From: Candidatus Poribacteria bacterium | GTDB lineage: Bacteria > Poribacteria > WGA-4E > PCPOR2b | Length of the DNA: 64,000 nt | Direction of reading: 5' to 3' | NCBI GenBank assembly: GCA_965218095.1 | Contig: OZ244587.1 | Location: forward strand, 576,001-640,000 | Shown here: positions 18,857 through 29,927 of the stretch, piece by piece | Numbering within the stretch: position 1 is the first letter of the stretch | Layout: every line of letters begins with the position of its first letter | Translations under genes and position numbers: made by a program | The notes under the pieces: generated by a model | What the model was told of the DNA's origin: nothing | The model's database searches: none | Seen by the model: the letters and a program-made list of their open reading frames with translations, nothing else

Positions 18857-20023
18857 ATGAAGATCAAAGATGTTCGCGCCATAGAAATCGAACTAAATCC
18901 AAAACCAAAGACGCCCCCTCGTCAACCCAGCCGGGCTGGAATGTTTAAGTTGAATCGGCCCATTGACCGTTATCTTAGGCCCGGAAATGAGCCGGGGTAT
19001 GTCTCTTATGTAGAATGGAAGCGACCTGCTTGTATTGTTACAGCGGAGGATGGTACCTGGGGGTTCGGCATTTCTGTTCATGGCGGCCCGGTGACCCGAA
19101 TCATCAATGATCATTTTGCCCCTCATTTGATGGGGGAAAATTGCATGGCGACCGAAAAATTGTGGGACATGATGGTCCGATCGTCAGCAGGCTTTGGTGC
19201 AACCGGCTTGACCAGTTACGCCATCAGCGCGGTCGATTGCGCTTTGTGGGATCTCAAAGGCAAGATTTTGGGGCGACCTGTTTACGAACTGTTGGGTGGC
19301 CCGCAGAAGGAGAAGATTTTTTGCTACGCCTCTGGCTTCGATCAGGAATGGTATATGGAGCTTGGCTTTAAAGCGACAAAGTTATTCACTCCCTACGGCC
19401 CGGAACATGGGCTAGGGGGCATGAAAAAGCTCGAAGAACTGGTCGCCAAAACGCGAGACGTGATAGGCGATGAAGTTGAATTAGCGTTGGATTCCTGGAC
19501 GGCCTTTGATGTTGAACATATGGTCCGTATAGCCGAAACCATGAAACCCTACCGCTTAAAGTGGATGGAGGATTACATCTCTGCGGATGACCTGGTTGGC
19601 TACGAGGCGGTTCGTCAGCGCATTCCCTGGCAAACGCTCGCTACAGGTGAGCACTGGTACATGCCAACGGTCTTTGCAGCGGCCGCTGGCCAGCGGCTGG
19701 TCGACATTTTCCAGCCGGATGTTTTGTGGTGTGGTGGCATTACGGCGGCGGTCAAAATTTGCCACATTGCCGAAGCGAATGGCATCTCCGTGATTACCCA
19801 CGGGGGAATGAACTATCCTTATGGCCAACATCTGGGCTTTGCCATGCCTGCTGTCGTTTGGGGCGAACGTTCCGAGGGGGTATCTGCGCCCGGTGTGCCT
19901 CTGGAAGAGATGGTCAAGCTGCCCGGCACGTCAGTCATCAAAGATGGATATGTTGCGCCGAGCGACGCCCCAGGTTTTGGCCTCGAAATTGACGAAGCCT
20001 GGATAGAGGGCGTGGTTGCGTGA
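18857..20023 (+). CDS. Mandelate racemase/enolase superfamily dehydratase (L-rhamnonate dehydratase-like)
   Basis: 'AISAVDCALWDLKGK', 'KWMED', 'TGEH', 'QPDVLWCGG'. Confidence 0.85.
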   Translation: MKIKDVRAIEIELNPKPKTPPRQPSRAGMFKLNRPIDRYLRPGNEPGYVSYVEWKRPACIVTAEDGTWGFGISVHGGPVTRIINDHFAPHLMGENCMATEKLWDMMVRSSAGFGATGLTSYAISAVDCALWDLKGKILGRPVYELLGGPQKEKIFCYASGFDQEWYMELGFKATKLFTPYGPEHGLGGMKKLEELVAKTRDVIGDEVELALDSWTAFDVEHMVRIAETMKPYRLKWMEDYISADDLVGYEAVRQRIPWQTLATGEHWYMPTVFAAAAGQRLVDIFQPDVLWCGGITAAVKICHIAEANGISVITHGGMNYPYGQHLGFAMPAVVWGERSEGVSAPGVPLEEMVKLPGTSVIKDGYVAPSDAPGFGLEIDEAWIEGVVA

Positions 20024-20029
20024 GTGCTA

Positions 20030-20849
20030 GGTTCTGTTGACATTTCAACGGAGCCATATAAGAGTGGAGACAAAGCTGAGAAATCCAAAATAACAGACAG
20101 CTAGCTTCTCAAACCGAGAGAAGATACGACGATACCATTTTATCTTGTTGATGAAACATTCAACCCGATGTCTCTCTTTGTATAAGTGTTTGTCATACGT
20201 TCTTTGGTCAACACGATGACTTTTGGGCGGTATCACCGCAATCGCTCCATTCGCCTCAATAACCGCGATAAAAGCGTCCGAATCGTACCCCTTGTCTCCA
20301 ATCACATATTCACTGTTATATCCGATTATCAACCCTTCCGCCTCAGTTATGTCATGTCTCTGACCGGGTGTCAGATGAATTCTTAGGGAATTGCCTAGTC
20401 CGTTAACTGTGATGTGATTTTTTGTACTGAAACCGCCCCGAGACCGACCTAATGCTTGGTTTTCAATCCCACCGTTTTTTTTAAGGCGCCCGCCGCACAC
20501 GGGTGAGCGCGGCAGATGGTACTGTCCACAATAAGCGACTCGATATCGGGGTCAGAGGCAAAGTGGGAGTGCATCTGTGTGAAGATACCTTTGTCGCACC
20601 ATCGAGCAAACCGCTTGTAGCGGGTGTTCCATTTGCCATAGGTGTCTGGTAGAAGTCTCCATTGAGCCCCGCTACGAGTCACCCACAGAACTGCTTCGAC
20701 GAAGCGGCGTGTAGCAGCTTCGTCGCCAACATAGATGGTGGGACAGCTAAGAAGAAACCGGTATATCTTATTCCATTGGTCATCAGGTAAGGTTATTGGC
20801 GTCATTCTTCTATTATGCCACAACCTTATACTCAAATGTCAACAGAACC
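20030..20849 (-). mobile_element. IS5-family element, copy 2 (820 bp, apparently intact)
   Basis: Same TIRs; CTAG target with TA duplication; orfA 20449..20835, orfB 20045..20500 with 'GDKGYDSD' and 'RHRVECF'. Confidence 0.92.
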
Positions 20850-20867
20850 TAGTACCTCGTGACGTTT

Positions 20868-20913
20868 GTAGTGGCGACTTCAGTCGCTTTCAGAGCGAAA
20901 AATTTGCCACTAC
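20868..20913. repeat. GTAG-type REP pair
   Basis: GTAGTGGCGACTTCAGTCGC ... GCCACTAC. Confidence 0.5.
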
Positions 20914-20988
20914 GTCCGTGTGCAATGCTCTGTCTAGGCCGCGTGGCTTGAGGCGTCGAGCCAAGACTCGAAATTGCACAGTCAATCC

Positions 20989-22017
20989 TCACACGACCGC
21001 CAGCGCCGCGAGCAGGGCTTTGATGTACCCGACCGAATAAGCCAGCGCCTGCCCCTGGTCCGAGCCGTCCGTGCCTGGTATCAAGTGATAAGTGGCCATT
21101 GATGTCGCCAGCGCCTGGTCCGAACCATCCCCCTCCAGCCGGGGATAATGGTCGGGATTGACGCATCCGTCGAAACCGACCCGCCGCAGCTCCAACATAA
21201 TCTTGAACATGTTCATGTCGCCATCGTCTAGCAGGACTTCCTCGAAACCACCGGCGGTGGCAAGACTGCCACGGACGTTTCGGAAGTGGACCTCGAAAAT
21301 GCGCCCTTTGCGGCCGTAGTTGTGGATCTCGTCTAGCACCAGGGAGCTTCCGCCGGCCTCGGCCCGGGTGCCACAGCAGTAAAGATAGCCGACGCAGCGG
21401 CTAGGAAAGGCATCAATGATGCGGTGGAAGCCCAGGCTGCCCAGGGGAGCATCGGCATTCGGCGTGTCGGAAGGGTGCATCATCAGCTTCACGCCATACT
21501 CTTCGGCGACGGGTACCAGTTTTTCGTAGGCGACGCAGAGACGCTGCCACCAGAACTCCAGTTCCTCCAGCGGCGGAGGCGGAGACTTGTCTTCGGCCAG
21601 AGCCAGGCTCTCTCCCCGCTGGAGATAGCCGCCCCGGTGCACTGCCTCGTAGCGTTTGTTCATCCAGGGAAAGGTGTCGTTGGCAAAGATTACCCGGGCT
21701 AGCGGCGCGCCGGCCTCTCCAAGTACCTGCAGAGACTTGCAGCAGTTGTCCAATTCTTCATCAGCGCCTTCGTGGTCTTTCATGAACTTCTCGGACAGCG
21801 GGGGCAAACTGACCCGGTTAATGTCCAGTCCCCAGGAGCAAACCCTCTTTTTGATCTTGAGGAGCTCGTCCAGATCGAAGTAACCCTTTTCCGGTTCCAT
21901 AGGGACCTCAATGCCGTCTATGCAGTCTGCGCCCAACTGGGTGACTTTACGCAGGTAGGAATCGGAAAGGTTTTGGGCCCACACGGCTATTCTTATCATC
22001 ACTTTTACCTCCGTCAT
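20989..22017 (-). CDS. Mannonate dehydratase (UxuA)-like protein
   Basis: 'MHPSDTP', 'VHFRNVRG', 'DDGDMNM', 'PDHYP'. Confidence 0.75.
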   Translation of the reverse strand: MTEVKVMIRIAVWAQNLSDSYLRKVTQLGADCIDGIEVPMEPEKGYFDLDELLKIKKRVCSWGLDINRVSLPPLSEKFMKDHEGADEELDNCCKSLQVLGEAGAPLARVIFANDTFPWMNKRYEAVHRGGYLQRGESLALAEDKSPPPPLEELEFWWQRLCVAYEKLVPVAEEYGVKLMMHPSDTPNADAPLGSLGFHRIIDAFPSRCVGYLYCCGTRAEAGGSSLVLDEIHNYGRKGRIFEVHFRNVRGSLATAGGFEEVLLDDGDMNMFKIMLELRRVGFDGCVNPDHYPRLEGDGSDQALATSMATYHLIPGTDGSDQGQALAYSVGYIKALLAALAVV

Positions 22018-22077
22018 GGTGGTTGTGTGCGCTATGTGTCTTGAATATGGACACTATTGTCAACATTTTTATAGTCT

Positions 22078-22173
22078 TTAGAACGGTCTGGCTGAACCGC
22101 GTCCGCCCATGATATCGCTAAGAATTTCCGAAATGCAAACAGGGCAGACGTCGGCTCCATCCTGTTGTTAGGT
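22078..22173 (-). mobile_element. Solitary attC site (96 bp)
   Basis: Minus strand ACCTAAC AACAG GATGGAG CCGACGTCTGCCC...GGGCGGACGCGG TTCAGC CAGACC GTTCTAA. Confidence 0.7.
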
Positions 22174-22219
22174 AGCTTCCCCCTTCGGCTTCCTTATCAA
22201 TCTGAATAAGGATACTATA

Positions 22220-24671
22220 GTGCGCCTCTGAGTAACTAAATGCAATGATGGTATGATTCCATCAATGGTAGCTTACAACCATAAGCCTCACCTTAACTGC
22301 GTTGCCAGAAATAGCAGGGTGGGAAGCAAAGGGACATGGCACATTCCTGTGAGGGAAGGTAGACCCTTGAAATCGGAACGTCAGGCTGAAGATGATAAGG
22401 TTAAAACGAAAGTTGAACTGATGCTTGAAGCCTCGTTACCTTAAAACAGGTTAATCTACAAGTAGGAGCCTATAACTAATAAAGTACAAGCATAGGATAG
22501 GTGCTTATAGTTCACATAACAAAAGGGGATATGTTGAAACTTCATATTCCTAGTAAGCCAACGCTTCGGGGTAGAATCAGAACCTAAGTCATCTACAAAC
22601 TTGCATTCAGTGAGATTAGAGGAATCCCTAAGTCAGCTCAATAGAGAAGATATGGGAGAGGAGATTGGATAGGATATTATGGTTGACCAACACGTTATAA
22701 CCATGAAATATCCAAGTACAATCAGAGTCAGCACTTTGAAAAGGATAACAATGGATTTCACCACAACCGATGAAAATCAAGTAAATACTTGTCAAACGAG
22801 TGGCTTTGGCATATTCTCACCTGAGAATATACGCTCATGTCAGAAATATGTCCAAACTATCCAATGTCGTCTGGACAAAGCGGTTGCAAATGATGATAAG
22901 TCCAAAATTCGATGGTACACGCATCTACTGAGTATGAAGTCAAGAGCAGTGAAAATCATTGCCATATACAATATATGCCAAGTTAATAAAGGCAAATATA
23001 CAACAGGCACTGATGGTATCTCAATGCCCAAAGATAGGGACAATAGGATTCAAGTGATGGAAAACCTCTTAAAGGATATAGACATTACTAAGAAGCCACA
23101 ACCTATCAGAAGGGTATATATTCCAAAGCCTAATGGCAAATTAAGACCACTAGGCATACCCACCATCTCTGACAGAATTACTCAGGAAATCATCAGACAG
23201 ACAATAGAACCTATCTGTGAATACCACTTCCTTCCATGCAGTTATGGATTCAGACCAAAACGAAGCTGTCATGATGCAATAGAAGGCTTACATAAGAAGT
23301 TAGCCAAAAGGCAGGCTTCAAGATGGGTCATAGAAGGGGATATTGAAGGGTACTTTGACAACATTAGCCACAACCACATCTTAGTAACCCTAGAGAAATG
23401 GCACACTCCATGATCTCTGACGAAAATCATCAAGGAAATGTTGAAGGCAAACATCATGAAAGACATGGAGCTAACTCCAACATCTGCAGGAACACCACAC
23501 AGGGAGGAGTCATTAGTCCCATGCTCGCCAATGTTGCACTCACATGCCTTGATGAATTGACATTAGAATATGCGATTGGTAAAGGGTCTAACCCTATTGT
23601 CAGATATGCTGATGATTTTATAATCACCGTCAAAAGTGAAGAAAAAGCATTAGCAATCAAGTCTCATATCAAGGAGTACCTAAAAGATGCCACAAATCTA
23701 ACACTATCAGATGATAAAACTCGAATCACTGAAATCAGTGAAGGTTTTGACTTCTTAGGATTCAACACTAGGAAATACAAAGATAAACTGCTGATTAAAC
23801 CATCTAAAGCAAATGTGGAAAAGTTCAAGTTAAATGTTAAAAAGGTTATCAAAATAACGGATGACCCTATAGAACTAATCCACAAACTTAATCCAATAAT
23901 CAGAGGGTGGGGAAACTACTATCGCCATGTAGTGTCTAAAGATACTTTTGATTATCTTGGAAAAATACTCTGGCAGAACACCAGTAAATGGTGTAGGAAA
24001 CGACACCCAAGAGGCAATGGACATTGGATTAAACAATACTACAAGATGGATAGAGGAAACAGATGGAGATTCAGTTATGAAGGTGCTATAATGGATAATA
24101 TCTATAGCATACCAATAAGGAGATTCATCAAAGTCCGCAGTGATAAAAGAGTTTATGATGCAAGTGACAAAGAGTACTGGGATACCCGTGAGTACGTTAA
24201 TGCTAAGAATAGCATCTATGGCTCAATAGAAACAAAGACGCTGTTCTACAAACAACGTGGTAAATGTGGGTATTGTGTACACCCAATCACAGACACTCAG
24301 GTGAGAGATAACACAATATATAAACATCACATGAAGCCAAGAAGTGAGAACGGGGACTGGAAGTTAGGCAACCTAAGACTCCTCCACGCAGATTGCCATA
24401 CCTCGCTTCATAGTATGTACTCACGCAAAGAAATGGCTGACCTCATGGACAAAGGTATAGATTACCTTCGCCTCATGAAGCCAGCCAAGTAGTAGCAGGG
24501 AGTTAATTACCACTATGCCTATTAGCAACTTTAAGGAGAACCTCAAAGAAAGGGGTAATTACCAATAAAAAGTCATATCATCATTTTTGACTGGGCAAGC
24601 CGTATGCGGTGAAAGTCGCACGTACGGTTTAGATGGGGGGAAAATTCCGCAAGGAATCTACCTATCCATAC
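22220..24671 (+). mobile_element. Group II intron (IIB, chloroplast-like class), AT-rich
   Basis: 5' GTGCG; domain V AAGCCGTATGCGGTGAAAGTCGCACGTACGGTTT (24597-24630); D6 with A at -8 and AC end; EBS1 TATAGT (22506) pairs with IBS1 ACTATA (22214). Confidence 0.9.
22679..24492 (+). pseudogene. ltrA: Intron-encoded RT/maturase/HNH protein, inactivated
   Basis: RVT_N, 'RPLGIPT', 'SYGFRP', 'QGGVISP', YADD, HNH; in-frame TGA at 23411 and 2-nt CA slip near 23498. Confidence 0.85.
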
Positions 24672-24680
24672 TGAGAGCCA

Positions 24681-24908
24681 TCAGTTTGTTCTCAGTACGC
24701 AGGTTGTATTCTTTACAAGCACGACCGTACCAGTGGGAATATGCGTAACCCTGACGGCAGCGACATTGGGGTCAACACATTCAAAGTAATCAACGCGGTC
24801 GGAAGGGGCGGCACGAAACATGTCAATTCGTACATCCTGTGGGTCAAGTAGATTGGAAATCGCCTCGGAAAGGTCAAGATAAAAACGTCTCACAGATTTA
24901 TCTATCAA
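24681..24908 (-). pseudogene. RF-1 (release factor) domain-like protein without GGQ, frameshifted and interrupted by the intron
   Basis: 'DVRIDMFRA...AVRVTHIPTG', then 'ACKEYNLRTENKLMAL' in another frame. Confidence 0.5.
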
Positions 24909-24957
24909 TGCTGACTCCTCATCGAAAATTCGTGGGGTTCATACACTTTCTACTTTT

Positions 24958-25761
24958 CTAGCGGAAGCCCCACTCGATGAGTGGCTTCACCACCTGCTGC
25001 CGGCGCGGATGCGTACCGGCTAAAAACTCGGGGTAGTAGACCTGATGTGTCGAATAGAAGGGATTATTCCCTTGATACTTCAGATGGCCCTCATACAAAC
25101 CCTGATGGAAGGCGCGATGGGCTTCCAGCGTGGGCTTGCTGGCAAAGTTGAGGGTAAACATCCGCCGCCGGGAACCGCCGCCGAAGGATGCGTGATAGAG
25201 AAACTGGTCGAAGAACACCACGTTCCCTGGATGCGTTTCGATGGCGTAGGCCGGAATCTGCTCCCCAGTGAGGCCAAAGGGATACCGGGGTGGATTTTCC
25301 CGATGCTAGTACAGGACTTTCAACTCTGTCCACAATGGTTCCCGATGGGAGCCCGGTATCACACGCAAACAGCCCGAATGCCGCCTAACGGAATCGAGAT
25401 AAAACGCGATTTTGATGACGTTGCATGCCGGGATACGTGTGCCCATATCTGAATGCCAGGAACCGTCACCCACGTAGTAATTCCCGTCTCCGGCGATCCA
25501 GATGAAGCCGGGTCCGAGTAGGTCTTCAGTCACGTAGAAGATCCGGTCGTCTTCGATCAATCGGGAGAGGGCGGGACGGTGCTCGATTAAACTGAGGAGC
25601 ATCTGCCGCCGTTCGCCGGTAAAAGGTTTCCCCTCCCGCACCTCCTCCATGACCTCATCGAAGAGCCGACTGATTTCCGCCATCTCGCCAGGTGAAAAAC
25701 ACTGGCGCATCAGCAGAAACCCGAAGGTATCGAAATGAGCTTTCTGTTCTGATGTGAGCAT
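24958..25761 (-). pseudogene. PhyH family dioxygenase with one in-frame TAG (25306-25308)
   Basis: 'WHSD', 'LRVIPGSH', and after the stop 'PGNVVFFD..LYHAS' in the same frame. Confidence 0.75.
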
Positions 25762-26049
25762 TGGTCTCTCCTAAAACTATAATAAATGTAATGGTCGATA
25801 GGATGATAGACACTTTTGCTTGGTAAATCCAAGCCGCAAATTGTCTGCCATCTTCCTGACCAATACAGTGTTTATCGATTTCCTCTCCCCCTCATGAGTT
25901 CAGGGGCGGACAGTTTTTTCAATTTCAGCGTTGATTCTAGTGAGGAGTCGCATAGAATTTCCCCCCAGAATTAGGGGTTAGGGGAGCGATTTCTGCGCTG
26001 CCTCTCCATATACCCTCATCTCCAATGCCTCCCCCTCTTCGCTGCCTTT

Positions 26050-27205
26050 TCACTCGACTTGCCAGCGGATACACATGCCGGCTCCGGTCATTGTCACGAT
26101 GGTGTCGTCTTCGAGGACGATGCTGGAGGCATAGCCACCGCCAACACCCCTTTGGTGTGAACCTAAAACAGTGCCCCCGGCAAGGGTCAGATTGTAGACC
26201 TCCGAGGTCCATGTGTTGCCTTTATCGTGGCTGACACGGGCAAGGACCTGCTGCCGCTCGTAGGGGTAGCGGTGGTCGTATGTCAGGATCAGGGTTCCGT
26301 CGGACAACTGAGATAGTTCGCCGTGGCACTCCCCGAACGCCAGGTCTGCGTCCTCATCTGGCGTCTGTCTGACAGGCCGAAAGTCGATCCACGTACGCCC
26401 ATCGTCCTCTGAGTCAGCCAGAAAGACACGCTTGCCGAAAGCAGCCAAAGGCGTATCCAGTTTTATGAGAGGCTGGTACCGTATGGCAGCGATGAGCCGC
26501 CCGGAATGGAGCCGCAGGATGGTTGTCTCAAAAGATCAATCCGGCAAAGGGTTCCTGTCTCCCCATGTGCGTCCACCGTCCGTTGACCTGAAAACGTAAG
26601 TGTTGGTAAAGGCGAAACTTCCAGGGCTTGTCCGGATGTTTCGAGTTTCTCTCTTTTTCTCTCGAACTCGTCCGGAGTCAGACCGGGCCGCTGGGGCCAG
26701 AGCATGGTCCTGTCCGGAAGTTCGGTCATCCGGTTCGAGCAATTTCCGACAGATGGAAAAGGCGACTTGTCGAGCTTCGCAGGTCCCTCCCAGGTCTCGC
26801 CGGCGTCTTCGCTGCGGATGACATAACACTCCTTTTCCAAGCCAGCTACGTCTTGTTCGAATGCCCACAGCAGAGCGCTGTCCTTCAGAACCCCAAATGA
26901 TTGGTTTCTCATCGTCCAGCGATAGCCCCAAAAGCGAAATTTCAGCGAGTCCCGTGCGACGGAATGGTAAAAAACTGCCACCAATCCAGCCGCTTCTCCG
27001 ACCAACTACGCCCGCCATCTGTAGAAGCCAATAAAACGCTTTCAAGCCCGGGTCCTCCCGTAGCAAACCCGGCGTAAAGGATCCTGTCATCTGTCATGCC
27101 GATGGGGGCGCCCCTACCGAAGGGGATCGGGATGAACTCGGCGGGGACCGTTCGGAGGGCGTCCCCATCCACTGTCACATTGATCTCGCCTGCTTCTAAG
27201 CGCAT
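26050..27205 (-). pseudogene. BNR/Asp-box (sialidase-like) protein, multiply frameshifted
   Basis: Asp-boxes STDGGRSW, SEDAGETW, STDGGRTW, SEDDGRTW, SHDKGNTW spread over several frames. Confidence 0.75.
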
Positions 27206-27379
27206 ATCTTCACCTCTGCAATGCCTACTGAACTATCCACTAGCCTATTGGACAGATCATGATGTGAAAAAATTCGGGCTGAACAACGCGTGAGGATTCG
27301 GCATAAAATTTTAGGATTTTTCTGGAGGATAATCCTGTCGAAAAATTTCTAAAACCTGATACAATTAAGTGAATTAAGT

Positions 27380-28488
27380 GAGGGGTGTGCATAAATATAG
27401 TTGACATAATCAAGCCAAAAGGGTTTCCTATTGTTATCATAGCAAAAGGAGCCCCAATATGGTACAAAGACCAATGTTGGCTGATTATGTCACTCTTATT
27501 ATGCAACTCTTTGAGCAGTTTATGCAACACCGTATTGACAAACCAGGTGTCACACACGCAAAACCATTGACATATTCAACCACCTCGTTTATCATTTTCT
27601 TCATGTTGATGCAGTTTCACGGCATCTATGGCTTCAAAACGCAATGGCGGTGGCTAATCAATCACCCAGAAGTGTTACAAATGCTGGGGTGGCAACAGCC
27701 CCCTCATCGAACCACGATTGCACGTCGCTATAAGGCATTATATGAAGTGATAGAGGCATTTGTATTGTTTATCGGTCAGTATGCCACTGACTTGTCCCAA
27801 CAATTCAACTTGGCTCATCTGGTAGCCGACAAAAGTTTATTTAAGGCACGAGGACCCGTCTGGCATCAAACTGACCGCAAAGCAGGAAAAGTACCTAAAC
27901 ATCTACGCAACCTCGACACCGATGCCACGTGGAGCAAGAGTGGTTATCATGGCTGGGTCTATGGCTACGGACTTCACATTATCTGCACACAAGGTGCGTT
28001 CCCAACACTGATAACTGTGCACCGTGCGTCGGTCTCCGAAAGTTGGGCGATAGATGCTAAAGCGTCTGAGATTCTGACACAACTTTCACCGCAGACACTC
28101 ACTGCCGATGATGCCTATACCCAAGCAGACCGTATCCGTCGTTGGGCGAAGGCACAAGTCGCTTTGATTACCCCGGCACTTAGATGGACAAAGGGACGGT
28201 TTGCCAAGGCGTATCATCGATTTATCAACCAACCCAAGCAGCGTCTCTGTTTAAGCAAACGTCGCAGTTCGGTTGAACCGTTGTTTGACTTGATTGCTAA
28301 AGTGATAGGCACCACTCCTCAACAGAAGCAGTTACCGGTCAAGGGGTTTTTCAATGTACGCTGTTGTTTAGCTATCGGGGTGTTATCAGTGCAAGTGGCT
28401 ATGATTGCCAATGCCATATGGAAGTTACCTGCTCGCAATATCTCTCATATGGCGGCTGTTTTCCAATGAACTACTATGCACACCCCTC
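27380..28488 (+). mobile_element. IS element with DDE transposase (27459..28469; DDE_Tnp_1-like)
   Basis: 14-bp TIR GAGGGGTGTGCATA; 8-bp TSD AATTAAGT; candidate D-D-E in 'VADKS', 'TADDAY', 'RSSVEP'. Confidence 0.9.
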
Positions 28489-28496
28489 AATTAAGT

Positions 28497-28525
28497 AAAC
28501 CTCGCCCTTTAGGGCGGAGAGGAAT
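28497..28525. mobile_element. IS200/IS605-type end hairpin remnant
   Basis: AAACCTCGCCCTTTAGGGCGGAGAGG resembles subterminal palindromes of this family. Confidence 0.45.
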
Positions 28526-28641
28526 TGCCTAACTTTTAACTGACTCACTTTTCAACCGATTTGGACGGGGTAATAATCCTCGTCCCAAATCGGAAAACTT
28601 TAGCACACTTTAGTGACACTTTAGGCACTTTGTTTAAGCAC

Positions 28642-28935
28642 CTATTGACAGTGCTTCCCCACACGCCGTCGCCAATTGGCCACGGTGCGTTCATCGATTC
28701 CCAAGGCAGCCACAATCGTAGCAATGGGACACCTATACGCCAGCAGCGTAATCATCTGTGTGACAAAGTCGATTGCGAAGTCGGTAGAATACGGTGCCTT
28801 TGCTCTGGGTAAAGGTCTTGTGGCACTGATGACAGATATACCATCGTTGCTTTCGGCTATGAATACCAATGTTGCCACGACCAACTTTTCCTCTTGCCCG
28901 ACAGTCGGGATTGTGGCAGAATATCTGTTGGGGAG
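28642..28935 (-). pseudogene. IS1-family-like transposase remnant (Zn ribbon + HTH)
   Basis: 'PQQIFCHNPDC...YICHQCHKTFTQSKGTVFYRLR', frameshift, 'LLAYRCPIATIVAALGIDERTVANW'. Confidence 0.65.
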
Positions 28936-28949
28936 AAATTTTCTGACTC

Positions 28950-29030
28950 CCATAGCCGTCAATTTAAGGGACGCTCTGCGTCGAACATCAGCGTAAAATC
29001 TGGATTTTCCCCTTAAATTGACGGCTATGG
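28950..29030. mobile_element. MITE-like element, family B (81 bp)
   Basis: Perfect 21-bp TIR CCATAGCCGTCAATTTAAGGG. Confidence 0.7.
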
Positions 29031-29039
29031 TACCAAAAG

Positions 29040-29927
29040 CTAATACCCCCTTTTCACATAGCCCCAGGTGGTTGTGAGTTTATCGGCAGGCTCAACAGCC
29101 AAAAAACTTAGGAAGTTCGTGCGAACCCCACCCGCGCCAAGCGCCTTGTCATACACCCGGACGATGCTGAGTGAACCGTTGAAGCTCTCCTCGTTGCGGT
29201 CAAAGTCAAGTTGTCCAAGGAAAACCATGTTCTGATCCATAACCTCAAGCACGAAGTCCACATCCACGTTGTGCAACTTTTGCGCCTTGCCATCTATGTA
29301 GGACTGGAGTGTTTTGCCATCACCGTTGTATTCAACCGCAAACTGGTGCCACTCTCCTGTTCCGATACCCTCTTCGGTTCTGAAAGTCAGAATTTTGCCC
29401 CGTGGCGCTTTGACCTTGAAGGCTATTTGCCCCGCTGCCCCATCTGTTACGACCATACGAATATACTGCACCTTGGGGGCATCGAGTTCAAATACGCGTG
29501 CCGCGGCGTCTACCTTCTCCGACCCGAGGCCGAAGTAGGCAAGTCCGTTCTCGTCACCCTGTTCCCACGCTGCGCCATTGCGCCTCAACCAGATCTCGAT
29601 GGTCCAGCTCGTCCCCAGCTTGAACTTCGAAGTGGTGCCACGTATGCTGCCGAAGGAGCTAGACGGCACCTCGCTGGTGTAATGTGCCGGCTCTCCACCC
29701 TCGGCCTTTACGTGTTTGGGCGGAGGTGGGATTTTCGACCAGTTGTCTGCATTTAGGGGAAATTTTCCGCCATCCGTGCCATCGTTCCCCCAAAACAATT
29801 TCTTAGCATTCTCGCTCTCAGCGTTAAGCTCTATCTGGGCGCCAGGGGCAACACCGAATGCCATTGAACTGGCCATTGTCAGGGCAAATGCCGCGCTCAG
29901 AATTGCAATTAGTTTCGGGTGTCTCAT
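29040..29927 (-). CDS. Secreted LamG/ConA-like lectin-domain protein
   Basis: Signal peptide, 'SWTIEIW', 'EWHQFAVEY', 'YIDG', 'VRVYDKAL', C-terminal 'AVEPADKLTTTWGYVK'. Confidence 0.75.
   Translation of the reverse strand: MRHPKLIAILSAAFALTMASSMAFGVAPGAQIELNAESENAKKLFWGNDGTDGGKFPLNADNWSKIPPPPKHVKAEGGEPAHYTSEVPSSSFGSIRGTTSKFKLGTSWTIEIWLRRNGAAWEQGDENGLAYFGLGSEKVDAAARVFELDAPKVQYIRMVVTDGAAGQIAFKVKAPRGKILTFRTEEGIGTGEWHQFAVEYNGDGKTLQSYIDGKAQKLHNVDVDFVLEVMDQNMVFLGQLDFDRNEESFNGSLSIVRVYDKALGAGGVRTNFLSFLAVEPADKLTTTWGYVKRGY

Noticed and set aside
22679-24492. DGR or retron RT driving LRR variation
   Set aside because: The RT lies inside a group II intron with D5/D6, maturase and HNH; no TR/VR pair; LRR variation is not adenine-specific
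22220-24671. Class C attC-targeting intron
   Set aside because: 34-nt D5 with AGC triad, EBS2 pairing and an HNH domain indicate IIB; insertion is outside the attC
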